A stretch of 63,361 nucleotides of DNA, counting the filler, from Octopus bimaculoides (lineage: Eukaryota): NCBI RefSeq assembly GCF_001194135.2. It is 4 parts of 4 records of this genome, joined end to end, with 100 filler letters (N's around TTAATTAATTAA, not from the genome) between each part and the next. Parts side by side here need not be neighbours in the genome. Positions count along the whole stretch, not along the records: positions 1 to 21,031 come from NC_068989.1; 3 more parts are not named here. The stretch is one strand, 5' to 3'. This document shows, one piece after another, positions 1 through 10,450 of this stretch; position 1 is the first letter of the stretch; each line of letters begins with the position of its first letter. A model generated the notes under the pieces. That model was not told the origin of the DNA. It did no database searches and saw nothing but the letters and a program-made list of their open reading frames with translations. The translations under genes were made by a program, and so were the position numbers.

Positions 1-23
1 ATATATATATATATATATATACA

Positions 24-562
24 TATATATAATATAATTTATATAAGGTCATTATTATAAAATAATGCCTCACGCTTAGAGGAACTTAATAAGTCAAAAC
101 TACCAACAATAAGCACATGTTTACCGGTCGCGAGGAATGCAACTTTCAAAGCTAACCTCCTAAACACTTTTAACTTAACGGCAAACCACTGGTTTCNNNN
201 NNNNNNTTTCAAAGCTAACCTCCTAAACACTTTTAACTTAACGGCAAACCACTGGTTTCATAATTAATACAGCAAAACTATGCAGTAAGCTGCATCTTTT
301 ATTCATCAGTGCACGTATGATCAAGACACATAAAGAATAAACAAAAATCAACATACCTTGATGTACCCAACCGAGCTCGATGACTTCTGTTCATCCTTAT
401 ATATCCGTGAAAGTTAAAAGCTTTTAGGAGGTTAGCTTTGAAAGTTGCATTCCTCGCGACCGGTAAACATGTGCTTATCTTTGGTAGTTTCGACTTATTG
501 AGTCCCTCTAAGCGTGAGGCATTATTATATAGTAATGCCCTTATATAAATTAAATTATATAT
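24..562. mobile_element. Foldback/MITE-like element with ~150-bp inverted repeats
   Basis: 24-177 (…cctcacgcttagagg…ttaccggtcgcgaggaatgcaactttcaaagctaacctcc) is the near-perfect reverse complement of 411-562; AT-rich flanks; no ORF. Confidence 0.75.
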
Positions 563-681
563 ATTTATGGAAAAAAATGATGGTTTTTTTTTTCATTATG
601 AGGTTTTTTCACGCTGACTCCTTGATAAATTCTTATAAAGATTTTATCCTTATATTATATTATATTATATTATATATATAC

Positions 682-909
682 ATATAGCTATAAGAAAATG
701 GAGGGGAATATGTGGTTTTCATCAACTTGCAGACATTGTATTATATCAATTTACCTGTTTATTTTTTAACTAAGGGGACAATTATTTACTGATATGACAT
801 ATGTGACATGTGTCACATTACTTGAAAAATAAACAGTTAAATTGATATAATACAATGTCTGCAAGTTGATGAAAACCACATGTTCCCCTCCATTTGCTTA
901 TTACTATAT
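682..909. mobile_element. Short palindromic MITE-like element
   Basis: 682-767 and 825-909 are ~85-bp inverted repeats (aatggaggggaatatgtggttttcatcaacttgcagacattg / caatgtctgcaagttgatgaaaaccacatgttcccctccattt). Confidence 0.7.
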
Positions 910-3198
910 AAATTAAGGGTAAAATTTCCTTTTACCCCCACCCATTTATCACACTAGAGTAATAATAATTGGGTATCCTTACGGCAGTATATTTGGATTC
1001 ACAACATCTAACTTTCTTGGTATGTATGTATATATATATATATATATATNNNNNNNNNNNNNNNNNNNNNNNNNNNNNNNNNNNNNNNNNNNNNNNNNNN
1101 NNNNNNNNNNNNNNNNNNNNNNNNNNNNNNNNNNNNNNNNNNNNNNNNNNNNNNNNNNNNNNNNNNNNNNNNNNNNNNNNNNNNNNNNNNNNNNNNNNNN
1201 NNNNNNNNNNNNNNNNNNNNNNNNNNNNNNNNNNNNNNNNNNNNNNNNNNNNNNNNNNNNNNNNNNNNNNNNNNNNNNNNNNNNNNNNNNNNNNNNNNNN
1301 NNNNNNNNNNNNNNNNNNNNNNNNNNNNNNNNNNNNNNNNNNNNNNNNNNNNNNNNNNNNNNNNNNNNNNNNNNNNNNNNNNNNNNNNNNNNNNNNNNNN
1401 NNNNNNNNNNNNNNNNNNNNNNNNNNNNNNNNNNNNNNNNNNNNNNNNNNNNNNNNNNNNNNNATATATACATACATACTACATACATTTATATTTGCAT
1501 ATGTACGAACGCACATATACGCACGTATACGCACATACTTTTTATGTACTCACACATGCATGCATCCTTTCGTTCAATAGTTATCCTGTTCTATTTCTAC
1601 TTATATAAAGTCACTATATAGATATTTTCATCTTTTGATAAAAGTAATCGTTTTATCCTGTGACCTATCATAATAACAGATTGAAACTAAACTTCTTTTG
1701 TGATGTTGAAACTTTTAGTTCCGATCTCTTGATATTTCTAACTTTTCAAATATTGACATTAGAATTGTAACTGACATTGGAATTGAACGAAAGACCAAAA
1801 TATCAGATTACAAACTTAAGCTGTTGTTTAGTCCAACGATAGTTCCGATCGATGAGAACTATATCTAAGTGTATTACAGCTCTTCCTATTTTGCTTTCTT
1901 TTTATTTGCGAATAATTTATCTCGGACTACAATCTATAATGTGAGATGTCGTTTTAGAGAGAAGATCTGGTGTTTGTAGCCGGGTAAGCAATTACATAGC
2001 GGTTTCGTCATTACGTCATTGGTTTGTCTGACAAATGATGAAATTGTTGATGTTATTGAGTTTAACCGATCATTGTCTCTAGAGAACATAAGAGACTTCT
2101 CTTGTGGTTAAAAGGGATGGGACCATCCCACTTTTTATTCAGAATCTGTCTATCTAAGTCTTCATTATTTAATGCAATATTAAGAATGGCGGTAGTATGT
2201 TATTTGCAGGGTTTAACCCTACTTTATGGCAAACAATGCAGCAGCGTTAGGGGCTTCTGATTACACCAAACAGACGTCGACGACACCCACGGCCGTGTTT
2301 GCTTTTTGACCGCACCCCCACTCATATGACTCCTAACCATTCAACTACCAACATCCATTCTCTTCTTTTCGTGTATCTATCACACTATCTTTTCAGTCCG
2401 TGGCGGCATTCCCACATCTTCCATAAACGATATGTCCCTTTTCATTACATAGGACCGTGACCTTCTGATCCTTAATTTATCTATCACTCACCAAAGCCAT
2501 CCACGATCTTATAACTCCTGATGCTGCTGCTGCAACCCCAAATATCGTCACTCACTACGCAAACTTAATTCCTCCTTCCTTCACATCTACAATTTCACTT
2601 GTGTTACAGAGAAAATTATTTTACTTCATATGATGCGCACATCATGGCTTGGTATATTTTACGAAAAGCGCCCATGGCCGTTTTAGAGAGTATCTTTTAG
2701 ATTCTGACACAGGTTTATTTCTTCAGATTTCCTGCCCGTATCTAACTGAATCTCTCAAGCTAATCTGCCATTTTAACCTAAATTTCAACACTTTTTGGGG
2801 GTTCTATGTGCAGCTATTTTCTGTACGTCCACAACTCAAATTGTTTTGTTTTACTTTAGTAACACTGCCTCAATCCCAACAAATCTCATACACTAATCAT
2901 CAAGAACCCTGTACTTTCCAAACCCCTCTGTTTCAACAAAATTAGACACACTTCATTAAACGTATCAGTAGAATATACGCAGCTACACACTCTCAAAGCA
3001 TGCTTGCACACTGTTCTTCACGCGTATACAGTTACGTACAACCTGTGCGTACATGCGTACCTACATACATACAAATGTACATACACACACACACATACAT
3101 ACACACACACACGCCTGCATACATACGTACGTACATACATACACACACACATACATACATGCATACATACATACATACATACATACATACATACATAC

Positions 3199-3625
3199 GC
3201 TTGATGAAATCCGAGCCATTGGTGTGAAAACCCGAAAAATACTAACAAGCACACATAATTCCACATAAACAATGACCGTTTCTACCTAAAACGAAAGTAA
3301 GGCGGCAGAGGCTCAACATCCATCTAAAATGCCTTTGAATGTTGCATCATATCCCTTCGGCAACATCTTTTAACCACCATTTGTCGACGTGTATTCCTTG
3401 GCTAAGTTTGCATACCTGATAACATCATAAGACTTGGAAGGCAGCTCCTTTAGCAACATTTTTTATCCGATAACCTAAAATACATGTCCAAAGAAGTCGC
3501 ACGACTCTACCGCAACGTATCATCAGATGAAAGGATTGAAATATATGAGCAGAAGGCTATGCGTGGATATGTTAGTAGAAAGCACCGAGATTATAGTAAC
3601 ATTGATCATCTCCAACCCACCAGAC
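3199..3625 (+). mobile_element. R4/Dong-like (RLE-type) non-LTR retrotransposon fragment, post-RT region
   Basis: With a frameshift it reads LDEIRAIGVKTRKILTSTHN-FHINNDRFYLKRK*GGRG, matching the LDxKTRKxL…H…RLYxxRxxGGRG thumb motif also seen at ~11.7 kb; begins directly after (CATA)n. Confidence 0.7.
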
Positions 3626-3657
3626 ACATTGGGTAAAATTAGAAACATATAAATGTA

Positions 3658-4944
3658 TTGGGTTGGCAACTAAGTTCCCGCCTTTTTCTTTTTTAAATTT
3701 ACATTTTTAAAAGGTTTAATAAAAAGTAACAACTAATTAATCAATAATGTATTCACCCTTGTTGTTTACAACTTCTTCCCAACGTTCAACAAGATTTTCA
3801 ATACCTCGTTGGTAGAAATCACCCGATTTCGACTCGAAAAATTGATCCAACCAAGCTCTCAATTCTGCTTCAGTATCGAACGAAACTCCCCGCATAGTAT
3901 TTGAAAGAGATCGGAAGAGGTGGTAATCCGTTGGTGCCAAACCAGGAGAGTACGGCGGGTGTGGCAGCACTTCCCAGCCATGAGTTTGAATGGCTTCCTT
4001 GGTCATATTGGCGATATGAGGGCGTGCGTTGTCGTGCAGCAGAAGAACTCCATGCTGCCGATTAGGTCTTTTCTCTTGAATACCCGTGTTGAATCGTTCC
4101 ATCTGTTGAAGATAGACTTCCCCGTTGACCGTTTGATTCCGTTCAAGCAATTCATAATTGACAATCGCTTCCCAGTCCCACCATAGGCATAACATCGTTT
4201 TATGCAAATGAAGATCTTGTTTCACGCGCGTTGTATCTTGTTTACCGGGGCTAACTCATTCATTACGCTGCTTCATTTTGATGTACAGGCACCATTTTTC
4301 GTCACCATTCGGTAAAGATTCGGTAAAGAAATCGTTGCTTGTGTCCATGAGTTGAGCGGTGACAAGCAAGCAAACCAACGGAGATTGTGGCTCGTTGATT
4401 TTTGTTGTTGTCACTTAAGGCATGAGGAACCCATGCGCCATACTTCTGAATCTTTCCCATCGAGTGAAGATGCTTCGTTATGGCAGTGTGGGAGCACTTC
4501 ATTTTCTTTGCCACTTCTCTTGTCGTTTGTTCGAGACTTTTCATGCAAAAGTTGGTTTAATTGCTCTTCATCGAACTGGACGGCCAGAACGAGGTGCGTC
4601 TTTGAGGTCAAAATTTCCATTTTTGAACTTGGCATACCAATCACGAGCAGTTCTTTCAGCTATGGCACCCTCTCCATACACAGCACAAATGTCGTGAGCA
4701 GCTTTTGCGGTCTTAGAACCTTGATTAACAGCAAAAAGAATGAGGTGTCGAAAATGCTCGTTTTTCTTAACTTGACATTGTATTTTAATGATCTGAAGTT
4801 AACTAAAATTAACTAGAAAAAAAAGACAAAATATGTTCCAAAATGATTCATAAATAGACTTCTCGAAAAAAATCGATTCAAAAATTTATAATCACAATAA
4901 ATTCCAAAATTTAAAAAACGGTGGTAACTTAGTTGCCAGTCCAA
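3658..4944 (-). mobile_element. Full-length (1287 bp) mariner DNA transposon, decayed
   Basis: TIRs ttgggttggcaactaagttcccgcc (3658) and aacggtggtaacttagttgccagtccaa (4944); TA duplications at 3656-57 and 4945-46. Confidence 0.95.
3737..4783 (-). pseudogene. Mariner transposase pseudogene (D,D34D), frameshifted
   Basis: N-terminal CQVKKNEHFRHLILF…WYAKFKNGNFDLKDAPRSGRP, WVPHAL, HDNARPH and YSPGLAPTD with exactly 34 residues between the last two Asp; start codon mutated; first catalytic D region deleted. Confidence 0.93.
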
Positions 4945-6369
4945 TAGATAAACACGCACACACATACAATCGCACACACAAACATGCTCATGTGTGTATC
5001 TGTGTGCATCTGTGTTTATATAGATAGATAGATAGATATATAGATAAATTATTAGATATAGATATATTATGAACATGTATTTGCGTATTTCTATGCAGGT
5101 GTGTATTTGCGTATTTGCATATTCATTTGATTTTCTGGCAACAAATTTTCCTTCACACATTCTTATGAAAATATTGACATGTGTTTCAGCACGGAACTCG
5201 CGTCATTAATCTACCTTCACACTTATAAATAGCAACATCATCATCTCTCTCTTCACTCCCTGCTACTATCTATCTATCTATATATATATATATATATATA
5301 TATATNNNNNNNNNNNNNNNNNNNNNNNNNNNNNNNNNNNNNNNNNNNNNNNNNNNNNNNATATATATACATAAACACATATATACGCATACATATATGC
5401 ACGTTCACATACACACATTTTCTTCGTAAAAGGTCTTTATCATTTTCTTTACTTTATTTTCTTTCTTTGGAATTGTTTCTGGCAATATTCGACCATTTCG
5501 TCATTGTTCTTCCAACTCCTTTTTTTTTTCAGAAATCATTATAGGTATTTGTTTGACTATAAACTTCAGAGTTAATTTTATTTTTCATCAATCATCCTGT
5601 GTTTCTCATTATCAATATTATTGATCCTTTTTATATCTCCTTTGTCTTTTGCTTGAAAGTACAAGGTTTTCTCTGTCTTATTTTTAAATTTTCAGTTTTA
5701 CTTTGTTCTGTTCTGTTTCTTTTGTATATTAATATATGTTTTTAGTATTTGTTTACCACATATGAATTTTTGTATTTATTCTATTACAATGTTCTATTAG
5801 TATCGGCTGATGGCAACAGCTATTATCACAGACGGGAGCAAGAAATGCTCGAAGAATAAACGAGAATATTTTAATTAGTCGATTAAGAAATCTCAATCTT
5901 GATAGTTAAAATATTGCAATAGGGAAATATATTCTCATATATAGATTTTCACTGGTTATACATTTCACCTAATAATTTATCTGTCAATTATACATCTACT
6001 ACACTGCAGAGGTGATGACAACACACGTCCCATGGTAACATATTTCTCATTTATACAATTCATATTGTTTGGTAATGTATCTCTGTTATACATTTAAACT
6101 ACAGAGGTGTGGAAACACTTTGTCTCGTTGTATATATCACATTTTTTACAGCTAAATGTGATAGTACACTTGACTTTGTAATGTATGTTTCACCTATGCA
6201 GCTACAGTGCAAAAGTAAGCATATATGTCACCTTCAAATGCATTTCACAACTTATAACTACAGTACATTTCTCATCTATACAGCTACGCTAGCTACATTA
6301 AGTAGATGAAACATATTACCATTCATTTATCTCTCTTCTAGTACGAGAGACAATCGTCATTGTAAACAA

Positions 6370-6950
6370 TATCCTAAATGCTGTAACAAAATTCTACGAC
6401 TTGACGAAGAAAGCACCCAGCGATTATCTAAGGCAAGCTCAGATTTCGGTTGACCTCAGAGTAGATTGTGGCGAGATCATTATATCTTCCTGGCCTGAAA
6501 GATAAAATTGTACCAAGTAGTAGTGCTTGCCACTCTCGTATGTGGTTGTGAAACATAGATAATACGTGCGCCATGTCAAATTGCTAGGCTCATTCCATCA
6601 TCACTACCTTCGTCCAATTTACAACATCAAATGGCAGAAAAGAGTCCTCAGCACAAAGGTTCTTGAAAAATTGCGACATTCTAGACATAGGGAGTTTCCT
6701 TGCCGAAGTACAAATAAAATGGGATTTTCATGTGGTACGCCTGGAAGACACTAAAACTCTCTTTAATGGTCAGCATAACTGCTGTGTTAGGCACCAAGGC
6801 TGCTCTGCACTTATTCATAAGGACACTCTAAAGATCTGCTTGAAAAGTTACAAGGTAAGTCTGAATAGAGCTTGGTGGAAAAGCTACCATGCTTTGAGGC
6901 ATCCAGGATTGACATCTAGAAGGACGATTTTAGCGTAGATTCAGGTTCAA
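6370..6950 (+). mobile_element. RTE-clade LINE remnant (3' end of RT ORF)
   Basis: Across frames LDEESTQRLSKASSDFG, KIKLYQVVVLATL-CGCET, RHVKLLGSFHHHYLRPIYNIKWQ, QIKWDFHVVRLEDT, HKDTLK follow the RTE consensus. Confidence 0.8.
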
Positions 6951-7247
6951 TCTATTACCCTCGGTGATGGAGACCAACATTGCAAATTTGTTACAGGATC
7001 AATAAATGCTGGATAGGCCTGAATTCTCAGATGAGACAGCCAGGTAAAATATCGAAATGAGAACACTGCACCCATTACCGGCTGAACCCTCATTCACCGA
7101 AGAGACAAGAGAGTCCAATGATTATAGCTACACTGTGGAGATAATGATAAAATTTACCTGGTAATGTATCTCTCATCTACCCAAGAAAGATACATAATAA
7201 GAAATTTACATTATCGTCAAGGGTTCCCATGCTGTTTCGAAGGAGAT

Positions 7248-7335
7248 TTGATCGATAAGTAGCTAGCGGATTATCCCTCGGTTGGATAATTACTATTTCC
7301 GATGTGTTCTGCTAGCTACGAAACATATGTAGTCT
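7248..7335 (+). ncRNA. Degenerate minimal type-I hammerhead-like motif
   Basis: 12-bp stem II (gtagctagcgga 7259-70 / tctgctagctac 7308-19), then GAAA-CATATG-TA (palindromic stem III, GUA site); first box degraded to tcgataa. Confidence 0.5.
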
Positions 7336-7627
7336 GGATTGTATATACTTCATTCCCTAATTTTGGATTTCTGTTTGCATACGCAGCAATCACTGCTGCT
7401 AACCGTAAGATATAAACATTTTTTTTGAGCTTATCAAACTTCGAGATTGGTAACATTTACGACCTTCTACACCAATAAATTACAATTATTACTGAAACTT
7501 GTTTTTATACATTCTCCGGACTACCCGAAGCTTACTACCTTCCTACACTTTGAACTTTGGAACTTATTTTTGCATGTATATATATATATATATATATTAA
7601 TATATACAACAAAATTGTATATCTTGG

Positions 7628-7697
7628 ATATAGAGTTACCCAAGGTTTCACATCCACAAAACCAAAGCCTTGCGGACAGCTCGTCAGACGTTATATA
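7628..7697 (-). ncRNA. Type-I hammerhead ribozyme motif in PLE pseudo-LTR
   Basis: Minus strand: tatataacgt CTGACGA gc-tgtccgcaag…tttgtggat-gt GAAA CCTTGG GTA actctatat; both core boxes intact, ~11-bp stem II, 3-bp stem III, bulged stem I. Confidence 0.72.
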
Positions 7698-7876
7698 AAG
7701 TCAAAAATTTTAAATTTCTACGTTGCGAACGTGAGGAAACGCTCAGAAATCGAAATCGACAAACATGTCTTAACAAAAAAATAAACGTTAATGAGGACGA
7801 GTTATCTCCCCTAAACTAGAGAAAAAAAAAACAACTTTCATAGACCCGAAGAGGCCTAACCAGCAAACGGAGGGAT

Positions 7877-8859
7877 CTAATTTTCCAATAAGTAGCGCTT
7901 GAAGTGAACGCATTTAGAAAACATCTTTACGACGATTTAACGCGTAAGGTTTCGTATAGTCCCCAAGAGGTTTAGCTCTCTCCTCGACGTAGATCTTGCT
8001 ACGGCCACTTCCATTAATATATGAGCCCGGATAATCAATTAATTTTCACCTGATATCACACGGGGTCCCTTGAGCTTTGAGGTGCCACACATGGCGGGCC
8101 AGGGACGTGACAAACCGTCTTTCTTGAACTCTGAAGGCTGACTGGTGGTTAAGAAAACGTCGCTTGAAAGAAGTACTGGTAGAACCAATATATTTACAAA
8201 CATGGGATGCGGCCCTTTTTGCACCCCGGTAACATATAGTTCGGGGACGGTCATTTCATCAGTGTCGAATATTATTGTTTGGTCATCATCTGTGGTGGTG
8301 GTATTGGGAAGGCCGGATAGCTCCTTCATGTCACTAGTCCTGGATTGGTCATCGTTTCTAGGTGAAGCAATTGTACTGGTGGTAACATACGTTGCGGGCC
8401 TGGTCACTCTATCTGTGTCTATGGTTTGTTCATTATCTGTGGTGGTAGTACCGGGCTCTTCGGTAACGCTCTCTATGACGCTAGTTCCGAACTGATTATT
8501 ATCTCTGGGCGTGGCAATTGTACTGGCGTGAAATCAGGTTAATCTGCTAATATTGCTGTTGGATGGTACATTACTGTTAAAGCGGGTAGCAGGTCTAAGT
8601 ATCACCGTAGCTTCATATATGACTCCCTTCAGCCGCGTATCAGCTTCCTACTGTACAGTTATTATATCCCGTGAAAGAGAAACCTGCCTCTTAACTTGTA
8701 TTGTGAGTAATTGCTAAAATGCTTTTTTTTTTTGTTAGGTGCACAACTAAAGGAGACTCTTAGGTTGTGTCTGTTAAATAAATGTCTGTATCTGTGTGCA
8801 TGTGTGTGTGTATGTATGTGTGTGTGTGTGTTTGTGTGTGCGTGTGNNNNNNNNNNNNN

Positions 8860-8905
<46 letters not shown>

Positions 8906-9948
8906 TGTGTGTGTGTGTGTGAAATGTTTGTCTATCAATCTAAGGAAAATCTTTCCAACACAGGTCTTGACGTTGAGCGAGAAGTGTGAAGCAAACCAAA
9001 CGACATTTCTGCGGCGTTTCCTTTTCCGGGTGGTAGAACCAGGCATGTAGGAGATGCTTGACCCGAGTCGGACCTTTGCTGGACAGCACCGTCTTCTTGG
9101 CATGCATAACTCTAACGTCACTATTACTAATATCTGTGAAGCTCTTGGCAAAGGAAAGTGCCTTCAACAATAACTCTTTAGAAATAGATGGATAAAAGTC
9201 GGCAATGTCGAACTGCGTAAATCTAGCCCAGCCTCTATCCAGAGTGGTAATAAACCATGAGGTTACCTCATTGGTGCTGTGCCATAGAGGGAGGCTCGTG
9301 TGTCATCTTCCGTCATTATTAACCTTCTCCAATATACTCATTGCCTGGCCAATCTCAGACTCGGTGGGGTTGATCATGCGGCATTTGGGATTAGAGGTAA
9401 AATTCGGATTGTGATGTTTCAAAGTTATAAAGGCATTTCTGTTGGCCAGAATCTCTACTCTGTCTGCAATACCTAGATTAACTGTTATTTGTTTAGCCTC
9501 ACAGTTAATGTGATTGTAAGTGTGTGGGGAAGCGCGTCTGAATTTGTGTGTGATTGAATCATTTAAAAGTCTATCGTAAGCGTATGTGTCTATCATGTAA
9601 AAGTTCTTAGTCTTAGAAGATTAAGTACCTGTTACAGTTTCTTGTTATTTTTGCGTATATTCACGGAATTTGCTTTGAAAAGTGGGAAAGGACCTACCGA
9701 ATTTCAGCCTGAGTATTGTGCCCAGTAGGTCCGCTTCAAAGGCTTCCTTGATTCTAGGTTAGAATTTCCAAGACTTCATAACGTATTTATTGGCCTCAGA
9801 AGGTGGCGTAGTTTGATCATCGAAAAACGCCTTCCATCTCATAAGCCTTATGAGGTCTATCATTTTCTTCAGTAACATTTTTTGTGTATAACGTATTAGA
9901 AGTTATAGGGATATTTTAGGTAGAATACCCTAAAAAGAGACGTTCTAT
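7877..9948 (-). pseudogene. PLE RT / GIY-YIG polyprotein pseudogene (RT core deleted, CA microsatellite inserted)
   Basis: Motifs GYST*NIP, LMRWKAFF, AFITLKHHNPNFTSNPKCRMINP, RRNVVWFASHFSLNVKTCVGKIFLRLIDKHF, LFNRHNLRVSFSCAPN, GVIYEATV, KYIGSTSTSFKRRFLNHQSAFR, TSLARHVWHLK, KCVHFKRYLL. Confidence 0.88.
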
Positions 9949-10450
9949 GTTATCCTTCTGGTAGCAATTGATAATATGTAGAAGTGCAGGGAACGGTACA
10001 ATAATCAAACGTAGACGATGTAGTGGACTTCGTAATACACTCAATAACCGGGTCGGTGATAGTTAATAAAAAACATATATCAGAACAGAAGCACACTAAA
10101 GAATAGAGCCAAACTTCTTAAGAACTATACGAAACCTTGAGCGTTTAACAGTCGTAGAGACATGTTTTCTAACTGCGTCCACTTCAAGCGCTACTTACTG
10201 GAAAATTGGATGACCGCATTTGCTGATTAGGCCTCTTCGAGTGTGTAAGGGTTGTTTTTTTTTTACTCTGGTTCAAGGGAATTAACCCGTCCTCATTAAC
10301 ATTTCTTTTGTTAAGACGTATTTCTCGATTTCTGAGCGTTTCCTCACGTCCGCGACGTAGAAATTTTAAACTTTTTAACTTTATATGAACTTTTGCCTTG
10401 TGGATGCGAAAACTTGGGTAACTCTATGTCCAAGATAAATTTTTTTATAA

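Larger units (their letters stand above)
7603..10450 (-). mobile_element. Penelope-like retroelement (Naiad-like) with inverted 5' pseudo-LTR
   Basis: ~7603-7985 and ~10090-10450 are diverged inverted copies of the 3' end; interior encodes PLE RT and GIY-YIG remnants. Confidence 0.88.

Noticed and set aside
144-259. Exact 53-bp direct repeat on either side of a 10-N gap
   Set aside because: Typical unmerged contig overlap; assembly artefact
1560-2990. Complex sequence that might be a decayed LINE or PLE
   Set aside because: No diagnostic motif found in any frame by eye
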